Shown one piece after another: positions 55,334 through 64,000 of a stretch of 64,000 nt of DNA. Position numbers and translations under genes: made by a program. Every line of letters starts with the position of its first letter. The first letter of the stretch is position 1. Source of the DNA: Chrysomallon squamiferum (taxonomy: Eukaryota; Animalia; Mollusca); assembly GCA_012295275.1 (NCBI GenBank), contig CM022671.1, positions 17,360,001-17,424,000 of the forward strand, read 5' to 3'. The notes under the pieces are model-generated. The model worked only from the letters and a program-made list of their open reading frames with translations, was not told the DNA's origin and searched no databases.

Positions 55334-58218
55334 CTAAAAATGTTTGAGAAATTCTTCTGCACTTATTCTTGCTCTAGAATTAACAGCAAGTTTCATTTCA
55401 CTGATTTCTTTGTCTATTTCTTCCATGAAATGAATGATGAAGTCAACGAGCTTGTGTTTGTACATTTGTTCTGCATGGAAGTTTGTAATGAGGAAACTGA
55501 TGTCATAACCCTAGAAATAAAATTTATATTAAATATTCTAATCACAATTTATACAAAAAAAAAGAAAACAAAACAACTTTGATTGACAAGCAAAAACAAG
55601 CAAAAAAAAATAGAAAATATTTTACCCATCATTATAATATCAATTCTCGTTAACTCTTGGATAAAATCTGCTTTACGGTTTTGCTGATCCAAAATGTTAA
55701 ATAAATCTCATCTTCTTAAATATTTGAAATATCTAAAAGAACCTAACTCTTAAAAAAGCTTCTTTTAAATTGTTTTGTTTACCTTAGAAGATAATCATAA
55801 AATATTATTGTTTATTTATCACAAGTTTTCACAAGGCTTTCTTCTCTTTAAATACGAGCTCGTATTTCATGGGGCTGCATCATATTTATAAACACAGTAA
55901 TATCAATTTGAATGGTTTTGTTAAAGGTAACAATGCTCTAAGTTATCTCTAGGTAATGAGGACTCATTTTAATGTATTAAATTATTTATATCTGAAATGA
56001 GTGTGTGAAAATGTCTTCTCCTAACAGTAAGTGCCTTTACTGCATAATACTTGCCTCCACAGGTTTACGACGAAGCACCACAAAACTCTCTGCTCTCATC
56101 ATCATAAATCTCATGAACTTGTGACACAAAATCTTTTCTATTTCATCAGCCTTGAAAGTAAAATACAACCACATTGTAATGTATAATATAATGTGCAATT
56201 GATAACTAGAATCAGCAAACACCTATTTTATTCTGCACACTGAACAGTGCAACAGAACTAGCAAATATCTATTTGATAAAGCATAAAAACAATTTTTAAT
56301 CCACATTTGACTCTTCATAAAAATATAACATAAATATTTCTTGTATTGTATCCTGGACAATGACTACAGGAGATCCTAAATATGCTTTAAAGCTTATAAG
56401 CATTTGCTTTAATTCAATACTAGTCATCATATTATAATCATCCACAGTAACTGTGAAAACTAAATCTTAAATGAGATCAAACCTGTTTTACTGCTATGCT
56501 GATTCTAAGAGAATTTATAGAACCTTCTATTAACACTTTTTCTTTTTCATTTCTGCTGATCACAATTGGAGATAGTAACAATTCTTTGCTGCTTCTGGAA
56601 AATAAAATTAAGGATGTCAAGTGAATGAAGGATATACAGTTCCTCTGTCATCGTTATCTGTATTTCCAGATACTTTACTGACATTTACTGACACACTATT
56701 AAATAACAAAATAACCAATTTATCAATATATATATATATATATATATACAAAAGGAGACTGGACAAAACTTATTTCATTTCAAAGAAAATTAATATTCCA
56801 ATTATTAATAAAGCTGTTAGTGAGAAATGAAATTTGTGATTATATTTTTAAATATTAGTAAATCAATAATATATTTTGTAAATGTTGTTCTGAAAAAATA
56901 ATAACAACAACAGTAAATAACTTTCTCCACGATCCTGAGTCTTTTGTGTATGTATTGTGTCTAACATAATATATATATAAATAGAAAGTCATTTAATCTA
57001 AATATATATTTATCCAAGAAAGCAAACTGATGTGAAACTCAGATACACAATGAAAAAAAGAAAGAAAGCAAGAAAATTAATTTTAAATATTTAATTGATA
57101 CATACTTTACTTCAACTTCTGGTTTGTTGTGTCTTTCAACAATCTGTGAATCAAAATTCTGCAGACACATAGCAGCAGTCAGTGAATGTCTTACTGCTTG
57201 CAGATATGGTTTTAATGTGGCAGCCTATAAATACAAAATGCATTTAATAGTAAATAAAAGTATTTCTATACACATCAAGATATTTTTCAGTTGCATCAAA
57301 AATAAAATCATGTCAATGTCTCACATAATTTTTTGGATAAATATTGATTTAATACAAATAAATATCTAACGTTTCATGTAATAAAAAAATGGTTCAAGCT
57401 GTTTTATATAAAGAAAGCAATAAAATTAAAAAATTAAAAATTAAATTAATAATAAAAAAAAATAAAAAAATAAAGAGGGAACTCTAATCACATTGTATAC
57501 AAATATGCTAACTGCAGTGATGACAAAAGTCATTTTCCTACATTTAACTTTTGGAGTAGGTTGCTGATGACCTACTCATTACTCTATGACCTATTCTTAT
57601 TATTCAGCAGCAGGCCAATTCATCTTTTTATTTTTAAAACAATAACAACAACAAAACTCAAATTCTTGACGTGGAAGTTATTTAATGGAAGCATATGGTC
57701 ACATTAAATATAATGGAAGGTTGATTTTGCTTCATAATACATCTCTAGGTAAATAAATACCAGTCATTTAAATGATTTACTAATTCAGTTATTTATTTAG
57801 TGTTTTAACTATTTAAAAGGATTGTCCATTTCACAGCCCTTTAAAAGTTTAAGTTTAAAACCTTTTTATCTGAAATTTAATAATAAGCTGCTTAATGGAT
57901 AAAAAAAAAAGCACTTTAAGTCCATGGATAAATATTTAAAATATTCTATAAAGATAGTGAATAACTTAAGTTAGGCTTAGCTACTACACTAATAGTTTAG
58001 AAGCGGTGATGGAAGTCTTTCCCACTTCCGGATTGACACTAATGATTAATAAAAAATAAATACAAACAGAAAAATAAAACTTGAATTATTATTATAATAT
58101 GTGACATGCAATAAATAACTGACATGAACATTTTATAAATATATACATATGTACAGGTTAGTCTAATTAAAAAAAGAAATTACACATTGAAACAAATATA
58201 TTTTGTCACACCCACCAT
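55334..58218 (-). CDS. ARPC4: Actin-related protein 2/3 complex subunit 4 (ATG 58216-58218, 57106-57224, 56483-56594, 56055-56150, 55334-55510)
   Basis: [168 protein letters not shown]. Near-identical to metazoan ARPC4. Confidence 0.98.
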
Positions 58219-58245
58219 AGTCAACACTATCGCCAACCCGGAAGT
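58024..58245. promoter_or_regulatory. Two ETS/GABP-type CCGGAAGT motifs around ARPC4 exon 1
   Basis: ACTTCCGG at 58024-58031 and CCGGAAGT at 58238-58245; typical of housekeeping promoters. Confidence 0.55.
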
Positions 58246-59282
58246 ATGTATTTGAGCAGCGTCCTCTGACGAATGACAACATAGATTATGGCCCTTAGAA
58301 ATTAATTTTGTTTCTCTCTAGAATGTTTTCCTCCGCTAATTCTATGTTTTTATTTCTGTATCTGTCTTGATTATATATCATTCTATATGCCTTGCTACTA
58401 AATTAACTGCCTGATCTTAATGTTCTTCACTAGCTTAACATCCATTCTTCCCACTCTGTATTCCATCTTTATATACATAATTACTTTCAGCTACAAATAC
58501 AAAAAATGAAACGAAAGAATAGTAAATGTTCTTCATTTGTTTGTATTAAATATTTGAAGTAATTTAATTCTCAGAGATTGCTACATATAAAAACTATATT
58601 AACTTAATACGAACAAACATGGTAGTCATTTCCTGAATGTGTAACTAAGGAATAACAGCGTCGACAATATATAAATTATTTATGGCCTGAAACAAAAATA
58701 TCGGACCATTCTAGCTCAGATAAAATTATTATAAAGTTATTTTTGTCAACAATGAAAATAAATAGCTTACAATAAAAAAAAAATGAAGGGAAATGATTAC
58801 ATTCATACAGGTTAATGGTTCGGTCAAAAGAAATATTTCAAATATAGCAATAATACTGCTATTACTAATAAATTTAATAAAGATGATGATGACGACGATA
58901 ATGACGATGATGACGATTTGATGATGATGATGATGACGACGATGATGATACGTTTGAAGTTAAGATAATATCAGAGTGGGACGGTTATGGTAAAAGTCGT
59001 CAAACAATATGTTATCCAAAAAAGCTGTTGTCTTTGTTATCAGAACCAGATCGGAAACTTTCGTCATATAGATAAACATCACATCATATTACTGTGAAAA
59101 TAAAGATAAACACAAATCCTCATATATTATACGAAACTTCATTTTTTGTTTTTTTTACATCATATACAGCTGCTCTTCACATAAAAGAGGTGTTTACAGT
59201 ATGCGAATCAATGAGAACCTATTTACCTGGTAATACTTATTACTGTTATTGTTATTACTAATTCTGTTACTATTACTGCTAC

Positions 59283-59283
<1 letters not shown>

Positions 59284-59326
<43 letters not shown>

Positions 59327-59415
59327 TAGAATAATAATAATAATAATAATGATGATGATGATGATCATAATAATAATAATGATGATACTAAAATTATTAT
59401 TATTATTATTATTAT
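59284..59415. repeat. (AAT)n/(GAT)n/(ATT)n compound microsatellite
   Basis: Directly visible. Confidence 0.9.
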
Positions 59416-59662
59416 CTTGTTGATACTGCTACTTCTACTACTTCTATTACTACCAGGCGTACTTCTACTACCATCTGGTAATAACATTTTCGTGACCAAA
59501 CTTTCTGATATTCTTGACTCGCCCCACCATTAAACATGATATTTATGGCGACAGAATCGTACTTCTATCTACATCTGTTCTCTAATTGCAACAGAACATA
59601 TGAAGAGGTAACATATGTAAAACTGATACTCTCTTTAAAGGTGTCAATGGCGATTTCCATTG

Positions 59663-59670
59663 TATATAAA
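59663..59670 (+). promoter_or_regulatory. TATA box of the chitin-binding protein gene
   Basis: TATATAAA ~70 bp upstream of ATG 59738. The AT-rich background lowers specificity. Confidence 0.45.
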
Positions 59671-59737
59671 TTGTTCCTCAATCTACTGTCAAAGGCACAC
59701 ATATTATTGTCACAAAACTTGCTTTTTAAGCTTCACA

Positions 59738-59804
59738 ATGTTATTTGCGAAAAGTTTATTTTTTTTGTTTCTGACGGTGCTTGCTGCTCGTAAGTATTGT
59801 ACTG

Positions 59805-59858
<54 letters not shown>

Positions 59859-60361
59859 GGTAAACAGTAAATATTAAATTTTTAATATTTTACCGTTATC
59901 GTCTTTATCATCATTTATTTATTTTAGGATTAACACATATCATGAAGTATAATACATGTGTGTTGTGTGAGTGTGAGCTATTGTGTGTTCGCGTGTGCAT
60001 TTGTAGACAGTATTTGAATTTCAATTTTTTGTATAATTAATGTTTTATAATAATTAAAAGTCATATGTTTTTCCGTTACCGAAACTTCGATTTATTTCTG
60101 TAATACCATACGGTAATGAAATAGCTGGCTGTTACAATTTTAGATGACGTGAAATCATCGCCGTGTCTGGGTAAAACGTATGGACTTCGCCCAGATTATT
60201 CAAAGTGTTCTCAGTTTTACAACTGCTCAGCAGGAGGAAAACTGCAGGAGTGTACTTACCCTCAACTGTACAATCCGGACACCCAGCAATGTGAACATTA
60301 CAGCATGGTGAATTGTGGGTCAAGATATGAACCAGTATGGGAGTGTAAGTCTACGTAGTTG

Positions 60362-60435
<74 letters not shown>

Positions 60436-60855
60436 TATTATTTTGTCTTTCGCTTCTCATGTATTCATTCCAGTATAAGAACCAGAGATTTAATAATGCA
60501 TAGTCACAATACTGCAACAACGACAGTTATAATTATAATATTAAGAACAATAATAATTCTCGAGGACTCACATTTTATATTTATTTTTTATTTGTTTATT
60601 TATTTATTTTTTTTTTTTTTTTTTTTTTTTACTAATTTAGGTGATTATAGACAGGAATTTTGCAGATATTGTCCACCATGCAAGGTTATCCATCCAAGTT
60701 GTAAAGGTCTGCCTAATGGTCTGAATGCATGGCCGCAAAGGCCAAGAACGGAGTATTTTGTAGTCTGTGTAAACGACAGAACCGTCTACCAGGGCCAGTG
60801 TTTAAATGGACGAAGATTCGACGACACGCTGAAAGCATGTGTTCAGTGGTATTAA
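59738..60855 (+). CDS. Small secreted protein with two chitin-binding type-2 (CBM14/peritrophin-A)-like domains (59738-59789, 60144-60344, 60641-60855), ~155 aa
   Basis: Signal peptide MLFAKSLFFLFLTVLAAHDVKS, then SPCLGKTYGLRPDYSKCSQFYNCSAGGKLQECTYPQLYNPDTQQCEHYSMVNC (6-Cys ChtBD2 pattern), linker CDYRQEFCRYCPPC, then PSCKGLPNGLNAWPQRPRTEYFVVCVNDRTVYQGQCLNGRRFDDTLKAC. Phase-1 GT-AG junctions are in frame; AATAAA at ~60878. Confidence 0.88.
60365..60433. repeat. (CT)n microsatellite
   Basis: Directly visible in intron 2 of the chitin-binding gene. Confidence 0.95.
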
Positions 60856-61872
60856 TTTTTATTAATACCATTATCAAAATAAATAAAGCATATTAAAACA
60901 AAGTTTGTTTTGATTTTTTTTTTTTTACATTGGATTTATTATTTATTTACTTACTTACTTATTATTATTGTTGTTGTCGTTGTTATTGCGGTAAATATAT
61001 CTATTTCACTTGATACATGAACCAATGCACAAAAGTAATTAATAAAGATTACTGGCATAAAGAAACAAAATATAGTTTACAGTATAGTTTTATTGTCGTT
61101 TTATATTAGTTTGGTTTGAATGTAATAAATTCAAGATAGGCATAGAAAAAAATGAAGGACTCTTTCACAGTAAAGAAAAATCAATCTATCTGCCTTGTAA
61201 GCACGTACTTAAAATAGTATTCACTCCAGCAATTTTTTAATTGCTTACCCCAAAGCACTGTGATTGTTTATTTCCCAAAACAACGCCGTTCAAAACCTTC
61301 AAGAAAAAATCCACGTCAACCATCACCAAAAATACTTATCCTTCATAAACAAATATCGTCAGCATGTCCAACGCATGACGGCTATTTCTATTAATCTGTT
61401 GTTGTTGTTTTTTCTTTCTTCCTTCTTTTTCCTTGATGTTGTTGTTCTTTTTCTTCTTGTTGTTTTCCTTCATCTTCTCTTCTTCTCATTATTAGTAATA
61501 GTATCATATAATTCCAGGAAATATCTTTACAGTTTTCACAAAAAAGAATACTTTATAGTTAATAATAATAAAGAAGAAGAAGAAGAAGAAGAAGAAAGAA
61601 ACAAAGAAAGAAATTAAAAAGAAAAAAGAAAAGAGAATTAAAAAAATATAAAAAAAATAAATAAAAATAAAAACAAAAACTAAAAAATCCTTTTATTATG
61701 GATCTATTTTTATTATTATGGACTACAATGATTTTTAAAAATTTTATTCTGATTTTTTCCCGTGAATTGCTATCTGTACTGCAAGCTGAAATAGCAAGAG
61801 ATAAGGATCTTCATTATTTTAATAGAGTTATCTTTCATAAAATCTTTAGAGAGTAAGTTGCGAAATATTCTG

Positions 61873-61893
61873 ACAACATATCCCAAAATGCCT
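61873..61893 (+). promoter_or_regulatory. ZNF143/Staf-like motif in the probable NEK4 promoter
   Basis: ACAACATATCCCAAAATGCCT resembles the ACTACAnnTCCCAnnATGC consensus; ~550 bp upstream of the kinase ATG. Confidence 0.5.
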
Positions 61894-62434
61894 TACCTGA
61901 AGCCATACTTTTGGAGGCATCGGTGGCAACAGACATCGAACAAGGAACTGAATTTCAAATATTTACTTTGTATCATCGTTTAGACTTTTTATTCATAACA
62001 AACAGTTTGAAGGAAAAAATAATTCACAGCAATACTGAAAATAAATTAATGTATATTTTAATGTATTTTGTCATTATCGCAATATGAATTATCGACAGCA
62101 ATAAGAATAACTACAGTGAAATACACAGTTTATATTATGAACGTGACAGACGTCACAATAGTACAATGACTGAGTGAATCAGAGATGTAAATAATATATT
62201 AAAATAGCGTATATATTATGATATTTGTGACACCTTAAATAGTTATGATACTACAAAATATTTTTACAGTATTATTTAGTATAACGAAGTCTGTTACTGT
62301 TTGACTGTTCGGAATAGAAATACCCAATCTATTTTTGAGTTTACTGGTAAGCTGAACATGACAAATTTAGAATACAGATGACATAATATTATAATTTATA
62401 CTGTATGAAGTTGTATTAAACACTAAAAGTAAAA

Positions 62435-62527
62435 ATGACTCTGGACGAGTTTGATCGCATTAAGGTTGTAGGGAAAGGAAGTTACGGTGAAGTATGGCTT
62501 GTTCGTCACAAGAAAGACAAAAAGCAG
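62435..62527 (+). CDS. NEK4: NIMA-related kinase NEK4-like, first coding exon (gene continues beyond the window)
   Basis: MTLDEFDRIKVVGKGSYGEVWLVRHKKDKKQ then CAG|gtcagt donor. The VVGKGSYGEV glycine loop is as in NEK4. Only 31 aa are visible. Confidence 0.75.
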
Positions 62528-62687
62528 GTCAGTGAAATGAATTTAATTCCAGTTACTAAACTTTTATTTTTATTACTGTCTAGTTGTTGGTGGCAAAACA
62601 AAGCGTGGATAAAATGTTCATCAATTTAATCAGTTTAAATAATAAATGTAATGATTTGAACACTTTATTTAATTAATTAATTTATTA

Positions 62688-62736
<49 letters not shown>

Positions 62737-62948
62737 CTTTAGCCAACTTTTTAAATACTTTTGTTTACATGAAACAAAGTTTTTGTAGGTTACTTTTGGT
62801 CATAATAGTGATAGCTCAGATTATATTTATATATGTGTGTGTATGTGTTGTCTGTGTGTATGTATGTATGTATATGTATATGTAACAGCTTGATGATATT
62901 AATAATAGTATATTTTCTATCATAAAATAAACATCATTGTTATATATA

Positions 62949-63652
62949 CAGTATTCCCTCGCTATTCGCGGGGGTTACATTCTTTACCCCCCGCAAATAG
63001 CGAAAAACCGCGAATAGTGGATGCAGTTTTAAAACGTCTATTATGAGATTATATACGGTACTAAATGCTTCCCAAACACTTTCTAAAGACACTCTTACTC
63101 ATTAATACAGTAATAATGTAGTAATATTGCATGCAGTTATGTATTTCACTAATGTAGTAATGATAATGTAAACACATTTTAATTTGTACTGAAACAATAT
63201 TTTAATCAGAAAGAAACGTAAGTACAGGAGGACAGTAACACCGCATAGCATAGTTACCCATACAGTATTACTGTACCGTAAAGTCATTTTCTATGCGTAC
63301 AACATATGTATTAGAATTGACAGAAAGTGGAACAAATGTAAAGGCAAACAGACAGATAAATACAGTACACACAGTTCAGGTAATAATAATACAATTCAGT
63401 AATAATATGCAATTAAAAACATTATTAATACACGGTCACAAAAAATATGCACTGTACATACAGTGTATGCATTTATAAAAAAATACGTACTGTATTGCAA
63501 TAATAATTGAACAAATTTGATATTGTTTGTGCGGTTTACCGAGCATTTGTTTTTATGACGTTATGTGCTCACCTGGTATACCAGCATACGATGCGCAAGA
63601 GCCTAACCCGATATCTTGCGATGGGGAACCGCGAACAGGTGAGGGTATACTG
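62949..63652. mobile_element. Non-autonomous pogo/Tigger-like DNA transposon, ~704 bp
   Basis: Left end TA|CAGTATTCCCTCGCTATTCGCGG; right end (reverse complement) TA|CAGTATACCCTCACCTGTTCGCGG. Imperfect ~24-bp TIRs, TA flanks, CpG-rich subtermini, no transposase ORF. Confidence 0.8.
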
Positions 63653-63686
63653 TATATATTCTTAAGTGTGTGTGTGTATGTGTGTG

Positions 63687-63985
63687 AGGACAAAATTCCA
63701 GTCACGCCAAACACCATTGACCTAAACCCTATCAGACAAAAACCCACTCTTGATATTTTTTTGTCACATGTCAAAATAATATTTTATAAATGTTGTTTAA
63801 TTAACTATACTGATTACTTTTTGAATGAACCTCTGATAAATGTGTCCTGCTGAGGTTTGGATTATACTGTAAGATATATTGGTTATGAATGTATCCTCCC
63901 TGTCATTAGTTGATGTGTTCATGTGTGTTAGTAGGACAAAATTCATCAGTGATTTCAGACTTAAAACACCATTGACCTAAAACCC
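63687..63985. repeat. Imperfect direct repeat, probably an interspersed repeat fragment
   Basis: aggacaaaattc...aaacaccattgacctaaa(a)ccct at ~63687-63730 and ~63933-63985. Confidence 0.6.
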
Positions 63986-64000
63986 TTTAGTAGTAATATC

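Noticed and set aside
57515-57580. C-box-like GTGATGA, CTGA and an 8-bp hairpin in ARPC4 intron 1 as a C/D snoRNA
   Set aside because: The span is only ~50 nt, with no terminal stem and no rRNA complement I can recognise. A snoscan or Infernal search would be needed.
59536-59793. 85-aa ORF as the first exon of the chitin-binding gene
   Set aside because: A different frame from ATG 59738 gives a clear signal peptide and an in-phase donor, and lies downstream of a TATA box.
61264-61617. 117-aa ORF with a hydrophobic stretch and poly-Glu
   Set aside because: Low-complexity T-rich and (GAA)n sequence, non-ATG start, no recognisable domain.
63527-63853. 108-aa ORF as a transposase
   Set aside because: It crosses the transposon end into a (GT)n tract and has no HTH or DDE/D motifs.

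Overview
AT-rich, microsatellite-rich eukaryotic (metazoan, probably mollusc/lophotrochozoan; inferred from composition and protein style) genomic DNA with spliced genes. Most ORF-track entries are exon fragments or low-complexity noise. Reading exons by hand gives, left to right: (1) a ~48-exon minus-strand CCDC162/DUF4549-like gene (~1.7-28.7 kb) with an RFX X-box-like site upstream; (2) the GDP-fucose transporter SLC35C1 (minus); (3) DPM3 (plus, absent from the ORF track), head-to-head with SLC35C1; (4) a decayed, truncated tandem copy of the mitochondrial carnitine/acylcarnitine carrier directly upstream of (5) an intact SLC25A20; (6) ARPC4 (minus) with a GC-AG intron; (7) a small secreted protein with two chitin-binding type-2-like domains; (8) the first coding exon of a NEK4-like kinase. 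There are also two TA-flanked non-autonomous DNA transposons with terminal inverted repeats, several local tandem duplications and many microsatellites. I see no clearly novel biological system. The best leads are the SLC25A20 pseudogene/gene pair with retained promoter and splice signals, the divergent glycosylation gene pair, an out-of-order duplicated exon in CCDC162, and the intact CCDC162 with its cilia-type promoter motif. Exon coordinates were read by eye and may be off by a few bases.
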